A DNA stretch of 36,909 nucleotides from Pseudomonadota bacterium (GCA_009928265.1 RFPR01000003.1:1-36909), one strand, 5' to 3'; counted from the stretch's first letter, positions 1 through 9,387 are shown. Notes: generated from the letters alone by a model not told the origin. Numbers and translations are program-made.

Positions 1-1092
1 GCCGGTGAGCAGGACCAACTTGCCGGACTCGTCGCGTGCGGCGACACCCATGCGGTCGTCATCGGGATCGGTCGCCTGAACAAGATCGGCTTTTTCTCGA
101 TCAGCCAACTCGAGACCTAGACTCAGTGCTTCAGGATACTCAGGATTGGGAGACTTGACGGTAGGGAAAAGGCCATCGGGTACCATCTGGGCCTGCACGG
201 GAAAGCACTCAACCCCTAGGCGGTGGAGCATCGGGACAATGATGACACCCCCCACCCCGTGAAGCGGTGTGTAGACCGTCTTGAGAGCGGGCTTCCGGCG
301 GAAAAGCTCCGGGTCGACGATCAGCTTCTCCAAGCGCTCCATGTAGGCCTCGTCGACCTCACGACCGATCGTGATCACCTTACCCCTCTCGGATTCGGGC
401 AGCGCCTCGTAGCTATCATCCCCGGCGTTCACCCGATCAATGATCCCCTGGTCATGCGGCGCAACGACCTGACCGCCGTCATCGAAGTAGACCTTATAAC
501 CATTGTATCCGGGAGGGTTGTGGCTGGCGGTGATGTTGATGCCGGCAGCGGCTTTCTTGAGACGCACCGCAAAGGAAAGCTCGGGCGTGGAACGCGGTCC
601 CTCGAAGAGAAGGGCATCGCAACCGAGATCGGTCATCACCTTGGCGGCGAGTTCAGCAAACTCCCGTGAGAAGAAGCGTGTGTCGTGGCTGATCGCGATC
701 GCGGGGCGGCCTGGCTTGCCCTCGCGGAGATGCCAGTCGCGGACATACTGCGCGAGCCCCCGGGTGGCACGCGCGATGTTGTACTCGTTCATCGCGTTGG
801 TGCCGATGCAGGCATGCTCGGGGCGCCCGTCGGGTAGGCCGGGGCCGGCCTCGGCCTTGGTCACCACGGCGCCGATCGTCTTACCGCGAAGACCGCCGGT
901 ACCGAAAGCCATGGTGCGGAAGAAGCGGTTGTTCAGTTCTTCCCAGCGCCCCTCGGCTGCGAGTTCTGAGATCACGGTCTCGGCAAGCTTCGAAGTTCCC
1001 TTGGACAGCATCGCTCGGATGTTTTCCGCGGAGGATTTCAGAAGGGCTCCCGAGGACTCGGCGGACGCGATGGAATCAAGCAGGGTGGACAT
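1..1092 (-). CDS. Phosphoglucomutase/phosphomannomutase family phosphosugar mutase (3' end runs off the window)
   Basis: Absent from the ORF track because no stop lies in the window. Manual translation from ATG 1092 gives MSTLLDSIAS...AFGTGGLRG...ITASHNPPGYNGYKVY (phosphoserine motif)...ATDPDDDRMG (metal loop). Confidence 0.93.
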   Translation of the reverse strand, partial: MSTLLDSIASAESSGALLKSSAENIRAMLSKGTSKLAETVISELAAEGRWEELNNRFFRTMAFGTGGLRGKTIGAVVTKAEAGPGLPDGRPEHACIGTNAMNEYNIARATRGLAQYVRDWHLREGKPGRPAIAISHDTRFFSREFAELAAKVMTDLGCDALLFEGPRSTPELSFAVRLKKAAAGINITASHNPPGYNGYKVYFDDGGQVVAPHDQGIIDRVNAGDDSYEALPESERGKVITIGREVDEAYMERLEKLIVDPELFRRKPALKTVYTPLHGVGGVIIVPMLHRLGVECFPVQAQMVPDGLFPTVKSPNPEYPEALSLGLELADREKADLVQATDPDDDRMGVAARDESGKLVLLTG

Positions 1093-1168
1093 CTCGAAAG
1101 GATGAATCTAGAACCCAGAAACTTGAAAGCCGAAAGCGGCGGTATTTTTACCCGTTACAAACGTACCC

Positions 1169-1990
1169 ATGATGGCCCTTGCTTCCCGTTTTGAAAAATA
1201 CCGAGCCATCTTCTCCATTGGCCTTCAAAATACCTTCGTCTACCGCTGGAATTTCCTCCTGCGATCTCTCTTCGCGCTGATCCCGCTCTTCGGCACGGTC
1301 TTAGTCTGGCGCTCCATCTACGGAGGGACCTCGGGAACGATCGCCGGTTACGATTTCGGCGAGATGATCCTCTATTTCCTGATCGTCCTGTTAGTGGAGA
1401 ATCTGATCACCCCCGCCGAGGACGAGTGGCAGATCGCCGCTGAAATCCGGGAGGGACAACTCAGCTCCCTTCTTCTCAAGCCTTTTGACTTCCTAGCCTA
1501 CCGCTCCTGCCTCTTTGTCGGCTCACGTCTTCTCTACACATCCGTGACGCTCCTGCCGGTTCTCGGCGTCTTCTGGTGGTATCGCGGTTTCTTGCACGCC
1601 CCGGCCCATTCCTCCACGTGGTTGGTGTTCTTTCCCAGCCTCATCATGGCCGGGGCGATCCAGTTCCTGATCGCCTTCTCGATGGCCATGCTGGCTTTCT
1701 GGATCCTCGAGATCTCGACGGTCGTCTTCATCCTCTACTCCTTCGAATATTTCCTCAGCGGCAAACTCTTCCCACTCGATACGATTCCCGGGACAGCCGG
1801 CACCCTGCTGCGTCTACTCCCCTTCCCCTACGAGCTCTACTTTCCGGTGGCCGTGCTGATGGAGAAGATTACCGGCCAGTCGCTGATACGCGGCCTCTGT
1901 ATACAGGCAACCTGGGTACTACTCTGCTTCCTTCTCGCCCGGAGCCTGTGGCGTGCGGGTATTCGCCGCTACGAGGCGGTTGGGATTTAG
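1169..1990 (+). CDS. ABC-2 family transporter permease
   Basis: About 6 hydrophobic segments; EIREGQLSSLLLKP and LSGKLFPLD...LPF motifs; C-terminal LWRAGIRRYEAVG typical of this permease family. Confidence 0.85.
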   Translation: MMALASRFEKYRAIFSIGLQNTFVYRWNFLLRSLFALIPLFGTVLVWRSIYGGTSGTIAGYDFGEMILYFLIVLLVENLITPAEDEWQIAAEIREGQLSSLLLKPFDFLAYRSCLFVGSRLLYTSVTLLPVLGVFWWYRGFLHAPAHSSTWLVFFPSLIMAGAIQFLIAFSMAMLAFWILEISTVVFILYSFEYFLSGKLFPLDTIPGTAGTLLRLLPFPYELYFPVAVLMEKITGQSLIRGLCIQATWVLLCFLLARSLWRAGIRRYEAVGI

Positions 1991-2572
1991 AAAATTCTTC
2001 AGGGAGGGTTCACGGCCCGGCAGATGGTCTGAGGTAATCGTGACAAGTGCTCCGGTACCGACACGATCGCAGAGAGTCGCGACATCGGCAGAACGCATGC
2101 GGATGCAGCCATAGCTTGCGGGTCTGCCGAGCAATTTTTCCTGAGGGGTTCCGTGGATATAGATGCCCCGGGCAAAAGCGTTGTGGTTACGGGACTCCAT
2201 TCCCTCGAGCCAAAGGATCCGGGTCACGATCGGATCCCGACCGGGCGCATTGGGCTTGAGGATCTCGCCGGTGGGGACACGTGAACGGAAGACACTCCCC
2301 AAGGGGCGCCCCATACCGATCTTCACCTTCACGAAAAGTTTCCCGAGCGGCGTGGCATAACTGCCAAAACGATCGCCGATCCCGAACCGTGAAGTTGAAA
2401 CGGGATAGACGGACTCCGGCTTTCCGTCGGTCTTAAGCAGGAGTTGCTGATCCTTGACGCTGACCACGATCTCGTGGTGTGGATCCGATTCGGCGCGGAG
2501 ACTGCCGGTTGCTACCATCAGAATGGCAACGAAATTGTAGGAGAGGGTCCGCAGGGCGCTTTGGAAAAACAT
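1919..2572 (-). CDS. L,D-transpeptidase (YkuD family), signal peptide
   Basis: IYIHGTP...PASYGCIRM catalytic His/Cys motif and YPVSTSRFG; ATG at 2572 (TTG 2575 is an alternative). Confidence 0.9.
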   Translation of the reverse strand: MFFQSALRTLSYNFVAILMVATGSLRAESDPHHEIVVSVKDQQLLLKTDGKPESVYPVSTSRFGIGDRFGSYATPLGKLFVKVKIGMGRPLGSVFRSRVPTGEILKPNAPGRDPIVTRILWLEGMESRNHNAFARGIYIHGTPQEKLLGRPASYGCIRMRSADVATLCDRVGTGALVTITSDHLPGREPSLKNFLNPNRLVAANTRTPQAPGEKEAE

Positions 2573-2629
2573 CAATCTATAAGTTCATCTTATAGGATCG
2601 ATTCGTCAACCCCGAGTCCTGAAAGACCC

Positions 2630-3184
2630 TCAGGGTGCAACAGGGCCGACCTTCAGGGAATTCTCCGTGATCACGACATGGGCACCGTTGCCCACCAAGT
2701 CATAAAGCTTGGCGACATCAGAGGATTTCATCCGGATGCAACCATAGCTGGCTGGCATGCCGATCATCGATTCCTGGGGTGTACCATGAATGTAGATGCA
2801 GCGTCTGAAAGCATTCCGGTTGTGGGACTCCAAACCATCCAGCCGGAGGATACGCGTCACGATCGGGTCGCGACCGGGAGCATTGGGCGGCAACACCTCA
2901 CCCGTCGGTTTGCGTGAATGGAAGACAGCGCCGAGGGGAGCTCCTCCCCCGATTTTCCGACGTACGCAGAGATGTCCGAGCGGTGTGGCATAGCTACCCT
3001 CACGATCCCCGGCACCAAACTTAGAAGTGGAGATCGGATAGATGGCCCCGGGCTTTCCATCGGTGAGCACGAGCATCTTCTGATCAGGAATGCTAACAAT
3101 CAGGCGGTGATGCGTGTCGGCGCAACCTGACAAGAGCAGAACGAATCCGCAAGCAAGGGCAACGGCAATGCGAGTCGGGTTCAC
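2630..3184 (-). CDS. L,D-transpeptidase (YkuD family), lipoprotein
   Basis: Lipobox LLSGC; IYIHGTP...PASYGCIRM; GTG start overlaps the hemB stop (GTGA). Confidence 0.9.
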   Translation of the reverse strand: MNPTRIAVALACGFVLLLSGCADTHHRLIVSIPDQKMLVLTDGKPGAIYPISTSKFGAGDREGSYATPLGHLCVRRKIGGGAPLGAVFHSRKPTGEVLPPNAPGRDPIVTRILRLDGLESHNRNAFRRCIYIHGTPQESMIGMPASYGCIRMKSSDVAKLYDLVGNGAHVVITENSLKVGPVAP

Positions 3185-4197
3185 CGCAGTGCTTCCGCAA
3201 CCTCCGTCGCGAAGTAGGTGAGGATCATGTCGGCACCTGCCCTCTTGATGGCCAGCAGCGCCTCGTCACGCGTCGAGGCGTAGTCGAGCCAGCCGAGTTT
3301 TGCGGCCGCATGAATCTGGGCGTATTCACCCGATACCTGATAAGCAGCCAACGGAAGATTGGTCGCCTCACGGATCGCCCGGATCACGTCAAGATACGGA
3401 CCAGCCGGTTTGACCATTACCATATCGGCGCCCTCCTGCTCATCGAGTTCCACTTCAAGGATGGCCTCGCGCACATTGGCGGGATCCATCTGGTAGGTCC
3501 GCTTGTCAAGAGGGGCTGAGACCTTGCCACTACCCACCGCATCGCGGAATGGGCCGTAGAAAGCGGATGCATATTTGGCGGAGTAAGCAAGGATACCCAC
3601 TCCCCGATGACCAGCGGCATCAAGAGCCGCTCGGATCGCCTTGACCCGACCGTCCATCATGTCCGAGGGGGCGACGATGTCGGCTCCTGCTTCGGCCTGT
3701 GCAACTGCCAACCGACAAAGAGCCTCCACGGTGGAGTCATTTTCGATCGATCCCTTACCGTCAAGGATCCCATCATGCCCATGATCGGTGTAAGGATCCA
3801 GTGCCACATCGACGATGAGAGTGAGGTGAGGGACCGCCTTCTTTACCGCACGAATTGCAGCGAAAAGTACATTTGCAGAATCCGTTGCATGGGTGCCGGT
3901 TGGATTCTTCAGGGTAGCATCGATCCTGGGAAAAAGGGCCACGGCCGGTATCCCGAGATCAGCAACCTTCCGGCATTCCTCGGCAAGGGTGGCAACATTG
4001 TGGCGGACAACTCCCGGCATCGAGGCAATAGGCTCAGGCGCCCCATCACCCGCTTGCACAAAAAGGGGCTGAATCAGATCCTCGGGACGCAAGACCGTTT
4101 CACGGACAAGAGACCGTATGAATGGTGTCGTACGGTTACGACGCATCCTGCGAACCAGATCGACTCCTGCATTGGTTGCCATGGCCGATATCTTCAT
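3181..4197 (-). CDS. hemB: Porphobilinogen synthase (ALA dehydratase), Asp-rich non-Zn type
   Basis: RRMRR, DVALDPYTDHGHDG, APSDMMDGR, YSAKYASAFYGPFRDA, MVKP, AYQVSGEY motifs. Confidence 0.97.
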   Translation of the reverse strand: MKISAMATNAGVDLVRRMRRNRTTPFIRSLVRETVLRPEDLIQPLFVQAGDGAPEPIASMPGVVRHNVATLAEECRKVADLGIPAVALFPRIDATLKNPTGTHATDSANVLFAAIRAVKKAVPHLTLIVDVALDPYTDHGHDGILDGKGSIENDSTVEALCRLAVAQAEAGADIVAPSDMMDGRVKAIRAALDAAGHRGVGILAYSAKYASAFYGPFRDAVGSGKVSAPLDKRTYQMDPANVREAILEVELDEQEGADMVMVKPAGPYLDVIRAIREATNLPLAAYQVSGEYAQIHAAAKLGWLDYASTRDEALLAIKRAGADMILTYFATEVAEALR

Positions 4198-4278
4198 CCA
4201 GTCCCGTGTCTAGTCAAGGAAGGGTGAACTTTGCTTGAATTCAGCCACGCTTCAGGCATCTTCTTCCCTCCCACTCAC

Positions 4279-4354
4279 GACCCTATCGTCCAGTGGCCTA
4301 GGACACTCCCCTTTCACGGGAGTAACACGGGTTCGAATCCCGTTAGGGTCGCCA
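4279..4354 (+). tRNA. tRNA-Glu(TTC)
   Basis: Acceptor stem GACCCTA/TAGGGTC, anticodon arm CTCCC-CT-TTC-AC-GGGAG, T-loop GTTCGAATC, encoded CCA. Confidence 0.96.
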
Positions 4355-4405
4355 CTTCAGTGGCGATCGCCGTTTGGCGAATTCGAACCCGTAGGTTTTG
4401 ACTGC

Positions 4406-4429
4406 AATGCCGCGATCAGCGGCATTTTT
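4406..4429 (+). terminator. Intrinsic terminator after tRNA-Glu
   Basis: AATGCCGC-gatca-GCGGCATT hairpin followed by a T run. Confidence 0.6.
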
Positions 4430-4472
4430 CATTTTCCGCAGGGAAACTGCAGAGCCTGCCAATGGCAGGATC

Positions 4473-4490
4473 ATCCCGTTAGGGTCGCCA
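4473..4490 (+). repeat. 18-bp direct repeat of the tRNA-Glu 3' end (att-like)
   Basis: ATCCCGTTAGGGTCGCCA is identical to 4337-4354. Confidence 0.9.
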
Positions 4491-4494
4491 TCAA

Positions 4495-7400
4495 TTACTC
4501 CTGCACCACCTCGATCTGTTTATCGAGAAGTTGGCCTGTCAGTCGATCGATCGCTAGGTGCACCCAGAGGCGTTGCTCACCCTCCACTTGGAATTGGTCG
4601 AGACCCGTGGCCTGGGGAGGGTAGCGCCCCGTCTGCACAATCAGGTCGATCATGAGATTCCAAACGCGTGTCTGACCGGTGGATGCAAGCCCCCTGACAG
4701 AGGCCTCGCGGAAACGTTCGATGCGTATTTCAGGATCCGTTCCGTAAGTCGCAAGAACGGAGGTCAGGTCATTGGTGGAGGAAGATATCGTGTCGTCACT
4801 GAAACCGGTGTAGGAGGCGCTCCCATTGATCGTACCGCCGGAGGTATTCACCTGGGAATTCCACGATCCGGTGAGCTCCGAAATATTCATGAGGGGACCC
4901 GAGGGATAGTTGGTGGAGTGAGTCCTCGCTACCAAGGCCGAGGCAACGGCGTTGGCCAGATTGGTGGACATAGTTCCATTGACGAGGGTATTGCCGAGGT
5001 TGAACTCGTCCTTGTAGGCACCCGAGAGAATCGCCCTCAGGACCGGAACCTGGCTGGTGTTGAGATTGACCCTCCCCGCCACCATGGCCCTCGAATCCGA
5101 GGTATCATTCAGGCAGAACAGGTCGAGCAGTGCGGCGGCGCCGCTTTCAGGCACGGTAAAGTCGAGATTCCGCCATGGTGTTCCGCTGAAGACGACCCCC
5201 AACTCGGATACGGAACGGAACGGTCTATTCAGCACCACGGGGCGACCCAGATACTCGTTGGCTGCAGTGCCGCTGACGGTGGGGCTTCCGCTTCCAGAAC
5301 CATAGGTTGTCGCCGGAAATGTCGGCAAACCGGATGGATTACTGCCTGTGGAGGGTAACACCGGCATTCCGCCGCCGAACGGCACATTGGCCGACATGCC
5401 GCGACGAACCACCCCGTCGGGATCCGCAAAGTACTGACTCGCGGAGGAAGGTGGATTCTGCGGGTCGTTGGTAAAGCGGTCGACCACGCTGATGGTCACG
5501 TTGGGATTGTTCTGGGAGAGCATTCCCGGACGCACTCTGCCTGTAACCCCCGAGGGGTACCAACCGGCGGCTCCCGGACCGGAATTCGTGGCCACAAGCA
5601 TGCCGGGCAATTCGTCGGGACGGTCAGTCAGGACTCCGTTCTGCGACGCGGCGTTGGTCATAGCGGAAGAGGCAACAGCCGTACCGATCGGAGCGGACCA
5701 TCCGGCGGCGTACAGGGGAGAGACTCCCGAGGAATAGCCGCCGGGTGACGCGCCAAGAGGGAAAGCTGAGGAGGGATCGGAGGCCCCAGCGGAGCCGATC
5801 TTCAGCATCCCGAAGCGGCTGCTTCTCGGGTCAACCGCGGCGGCGCAGAGTTCCGCACCGATGGCATTTTTCGACCATGCCGAGTTGCTGTCACGATAGA
5901 ATGTCTTGTTGACGTTGTACTTGAACACCGTGGCGTTGGTGTTCGTGCCGGTGGCGGGGAGGCCGTAGCCGGTGGATGAATTGGGAGCGGCAAGGTATTT
6001 CTGGTCGTAGGTGACCCAGTTGCCGCCTGAATCCTGATACTGGAGGCTGATAAGGACGCAAGGGGAGGTGACTCCAGCAGTGCCGCCTGAAGGATACCAG
6101 ACGTATCCGGAAGGCACGATGCCATCGGTTGCCGAGGAGGGAACGCCCGCGGCGATACCTTCCGAGGGAAGCGTCGCTGTGAAGGCCATCGGCACGACCC
6201 CCATGGGGATCCCCGTAAACGACCGATAGGCTGCGCCGAGGATTCCGTTGGAGGCATGCTGAGCGGCAGGGAAAAGCGAGGTGTAGGGGCCGGGTCCACT
6301 CAGTGAACTGCCGGATGGAATTCCGGGAGTGATCAAAAGTGTCGGTTCACGGAAGAGATCACCCCGTCCGAACGGAATCATGAAACTCATGGTGGCGTTG
6401 AGCGTTGTGGCTACATTGCTTTGCCATCCGAGGGTTGAGCCACTCTGCGGTATCCACTGGGTGCCGATCGTGTAGGAAACAGGCGCCAGTGTGATGGGAT
6501 TCACCGTGGTGGCAATGAGTTGGAAATTCGTCGGGCCGTTGGTTTGGGAAGAGACCTGTGCATGGGGATTCCAGATTTCCGGCTCAAGCTGGACAACTCC
6601 CGATCCGGCGTTGGTGAGGGTGCCCCCTCTCATCGGCAACACGCTCACCGAGGGGGAGGAGTCCGCCGTCATCACCTTGCCCTCACGCACCCGGTAAAGG
6701 TAGGGAAGATCCTTCACCCCACGGTATTCGTTGGTGATCCCGCCGAAGAGGCTCCCGTCGTTAAACTGGATCCTCGGACAATAACCGTCGGGAGAGGACT
6801 GGGCGATGATGTTGGCCCCGATCTGCATGACTTGGGAATCAAGCGAGTTATCCCTCTGCTGGTTGTATCCTTCAGGAGTCGAGTTTGCGGCGCCAGGCGC
6901 CGCGTAGGCTTTGCCCAAGGACCCCGCCGTCAACCCTGCCTTGAGTAGTTCGAAAAAATCCGGATCCCGACCAAGCGCTGCAACTTGGGAAAGAGTTCTA
7001 ATCGGTTGATTGGTTCCGGATCGATACGACCAAAAACCCTGACTGTTGGCGGCGGATCCGTTGTTCCAAGCAAGACCGAAGTAACTCTGGATTTTTGCCG
7101 CAGTCCCCTGTTGAAGGATCCCCAGAGGAGCGCCCGCGTTGGTATAGGCTGTGATGACGGATGCGGGCGCCGTTGCACTCGGCCCCTGATAGGTAAGCCA
7201 TGACAGGTAACTCAGAGGAAAGCGTTTTCGGACCAAGGGGTCTCCTAAACTGGCCAAGGTTCCGTCGCTGCGGACAAAGTTCGTGGTGACACAGATCGTC
7301 AGGAAAGGGGGATTGATCTGGTTGTCCTTGCCGGCACCATCACTCCCTCCGGAGGCAACCGGCAGGATGGTCGGACGAGATGGGTCGGGAGCAATGGAGG

Positions 7401-8523
7401 GTTGATTGAGGTCGCGGCTGTAAGATGTGAGGTAGCGCAGCGCGTTGAGTGCAGCCGGAACGTTCCCCGGATCGGCCGCGCTTAGGAAGGAGATCAGTTC
7501 CTGACGGTTCACGAACTTGTGGTCGGTGATGGGAAATCCGGCTGCATTCGTACTGGTGGTATTCGTGCTGGCAGTCAGGAGGAAGCCGTTGGTCACCCCG
7601 AGCACCGCTGAGAGATAGGCTGAGGCACCGTCAGAAAATGTGTAGGAAGGATAGGTGCCGGAGGCATTTCCAGTAACGAAGTTACGCCATCCTGTCAGCG
7701 CGTTGATCTGGGCGGAGTTGAGACCAATCTGCTTCAGATCAGCAGAGAAGACCCCCGACTTTCTGGCCAAGGATGCGGAGACCGAGGCATTCGTCGCGGA
7801 GGGGTATCCCGCCACATTCGCATCAAGCAGGCCACCTTCGTCGAAAATCTGGTAGGCCAAGCGTCCGATCACCGTGTTGGGGTTGGTGAGGGACCAACGA
7901 AGAGAGGTGTTCCAGGCAACCGGATTGGAGAGACTCCTACTCAGCAAGATCCAGTCGGGCGGGACATAGGATGGCACGGGTGAGTAGTCCGAGGCGCTGT
8001 TCGTGTTGGCCCGAGCGATCAGGAGGCTTTTGTTCCATCGGTTGAGGGAGATATTGCGACCATTCCAGGAAAGATTCGTCGAGGAAGAGGAACAGGCCCT
8101 GATGATGCCGCTCTGGTAGTAGTTGGCACCGCTGTAGAAGGGGACGGATGCAGCACTCCGCTTGACGAGATTTTCCAATCCCGCACCTCCCGTAGATCCG
8201 GCCATATCCGGCAACATGGTGCTTCGATTAATGGGAACAAAGAGCACATTGGTGACTCCGCCGGCAACAAAATTGGTAAGATTGGACCCGTCGGAAACTT
8301 CCTGTGTCAGATCACTGACAACCATGTCGATGCAGCCGGAGGAAAAGATATTCTTTGCGGCGAGCGAGGCACTGGCATTGGCGCTTCCCCTCTGAAGGGA
8401 ACTCTGGGAAAAGAACGCCATCAGCAGAAAAAGCATCAGCGTGATGATGATCAGCGTGATGACAAGGGCTGTGCCGGAGTCACGACCCATTCTGCCCGTG
8501 AATGAATGGGGATATAGCCTCAT
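4495..8523 (-). CDS. Verru_Chthon cassette protein A-like (large PilX-type exported protein, about 1342 aa)
   Basis: PilX-like N-terminus SGTALVITLIIITL; GRLAYQIFDEGGLLDAN, VLNRPFRSVSELG, GRVNLNT and QTRVWNLMIDLIVQTGR blocks; ATG 8523 overlaps the upstream stop (ATGA). Confidence 0.85.
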   Translation of the reverse strand: MRLYPHSFTGRMGRDSGTALVITLIIITLMLFLLMAFFSQSSLQRGSANASASLAAKNIFSSGCIDMVVSDLTQEVSDGSNLTNFVAGGVTNVLFVPINRSTMLPDMAGSTGGAGLENLVKRSAASVPFYSGANYYQSGIIRACSSSSTNLSWNGRNISLNRWNKSLLIARANTNSASDYSPVPSYVPPDWILLSRSLSNPVAWNTSLRWSLTNPNTVIGRLAYQIFDEGGLLDANVAGYPSATNASVSASLARKSGVFSADLKQIGLNSAQINALTGWRNFVTGNASGTYPSYTFSDGASAYLSAVLGVTNGFLLTASTNTTSTNAAGFPITDHKFVNRQELISFLSAADPGNVPAALNALRYLTSYSRDLNQPSIAPDPSRPTILPVASGGSDGAGKDNQINPPFLTICVTTNFVRSDGTLASLGDPLVRKRFPLSYLSWLTYQGPSATAPASVITAYTNAGAPLGILQQGTAAKIQSYFGLAWNNGSAANSQGFWSYRSGTNQPIRTLSQVAALGRDPDFFELLKAGLTAGSLGKAYAAPGAANSTPEGYNQQRDNSLDSQVMQIGANIIAQSSPDGYCPRIQFNDGSLFGGITNEYRGVKDLPYLYRVREGKVMTADSSPSVSVLPMRGGTLTNAGSGVVQLEPEIWNPHAQVSSQTNGPTNFQLIATTVNPITLAPVSYTIGTQWIPQSGSTLGWQSNVATTLNATMSFMIPFGRGDLFREPTLLITPGIPSGSSLSGPGPYTSLFPAAQHASNGILGAAYRSFTGIPMGVVPMAFTATLPSEGIAAGVPSSATDGIVPSGYVWYPSGGTAGVTSPCVLISLQYQDSGGNWVTYDQKYLAAPNSSTGYGLPATGTNTNATVFKYNVNKTFYRDSNSAWSKNAIGAELCAAAVDPRSSRFGMLKIGSAGASDPSSAFPLGASPGGYSSGVSPLYAAGWSAPIGTAVASSAMTNAASQNGVLTDRPDELPGMLVATNSGPGAAGWYPSGVTGRVRPGMLSQNNPNVTISVVDRFTNDPQNPPSSASQYFADPDGVVRRGMSANVPFGGGMPVLPSTGSNPSGLPTFPATTYGSGSGSPTVSGTAANEYLGRPVVLNRPFRSVSELGVVFSGTPWRNLDFTVPESGAAALLDLFCLNDTSDSRAMVAGRVNLNTSQVPVLRAILSGAYKDEFNLGNTLVNGTMSTNLANAVASALVARTHSTNYPSGPLMNISELTGSWNSQVNTSGGTINGSASYTGFSDDTISSSTNDLTSVLATYGTDPEIRIERFREASVRGLASTGQTRVWNLMIDLIVQTGRYPPQATGLDQFQVEGEQRLWVHLAIDRLTGQLLDKQIEVVQE

Positions 8524-9386
8524 CGTTTCAGCGGGAACGTCCTGATGTACAGGCGGGCCCTGTTGGCGAGGAGAGGGGGAAGACCATTTGAGAGAGTGAG
8601 ATTGGTTTCCCACCCGTTCAGGGGGATTCCCCCATTTGTCATGCAGTCCTGAAGCAAAGCGCTCATGTTACTCAACTGCGAGGGAGGGACGGTAGCCTTA
8701 CTTGAAGGATCCAGCAATCCCATGGCGACCACCACGGCGGCCACATTCGCAAGACCATGCCTGGGCTTGGAAGGATTGCCTAGATAGGCATAGGAGTTGA
8801 CCTGGTTGGTGCTGCCGTCGGCATTAACGGTTCCCGGTTTCATCATGAGGCCGATCTCCATGCGAAAGACCGCGGGTCCCACCACATGCCAGTAGTTGGT
8901 AGCATTTCCAAGGCACTGCGGGAGATTTGTCGTGTTGAATCCCGTGACGGACACGTTAGTGGTCAGGAAAGGGAGATCATCCCAACCCTTCGTCATCGCC
9001 ATCCGTGAAAGCTGCTGATTGGTCACCATGTATCCAACCATCGAGAGGGGACTCAATCCTCCCGTCGATCCTGAATAACCGGGAGCTTGGCTGTAAAAGT
9101 AAAATTGGTCGTTGCGGTCACCTCCCCCGCTCCCATCTTGGGGAAGCCCCAGAAAAAGAGTATCCACATCCTGCCTGATCACCATGGAGGTGATGTCAGC
9201 GTCCATCCTGTCGAAGACGGAGCGCGCCTCGGCGTCCATGTCGAGACGGCGCTTCATCATGGCTGAGGAGGAGGATGTCGCTCCGATGGTCTGAAAAAGG
9301 AGCAGGACCACCATGCTGAGCACGGCAAGCGCCACCAGCATCTCCAGCAGGGTGAATCCCCGAGCGGGATCCACCCCGGACTTCAT
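8520..9386 (-). CDS. Verru_Chthon cassette protein C-like (PilW/GspJ-type prepilin)
   Basis: Prepilin site RG|FTLLEMLVALAVL; EARSVFDRMDADI helix; ATG 9386 lies 1 nt after the upstream stop. Confidence 0.85.
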   Translation of the reverse strand: MKSGVDPARGFTLLEMLVALAVLSMVVLLLFQTIGATSSSSAMMKRRLDMDAEARSVFDRMDADITSMVIRQDVDTLFLGLPQDGSGGGDRNDQFYFYSQAPGYSGSTGGLSPLSMVGYMVTNQQLSRMAMTKGWDDLPFLTTNVSVTGFNTTNLPQCLGNATNYWHVVGPAVFRMEIGLMMKPGTVNADGSTNQVNSYAYLGNPSKPRHGLANVAAVVVAMGLLDPSSKATVPPSQLSNMSALLQDCMTNGGIPLNGWETNLTLSNGLPPLLANRARLYIRTFPLKR

Positions 9387-9387
9387 G

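Noticed and set aside
223-1105. Plus-strand ORFs 223-669 and 503-1105
   Set aside because: They lie opposite the phosphosugar mutase on the minus strand, which carries all the family motifs.
4235-4655. ORFs across tRNA-Glu (and 22420-22608 across tRNA-Gln)
   Set aside because: They overlap well-formed tRNA genes and have no protein features.
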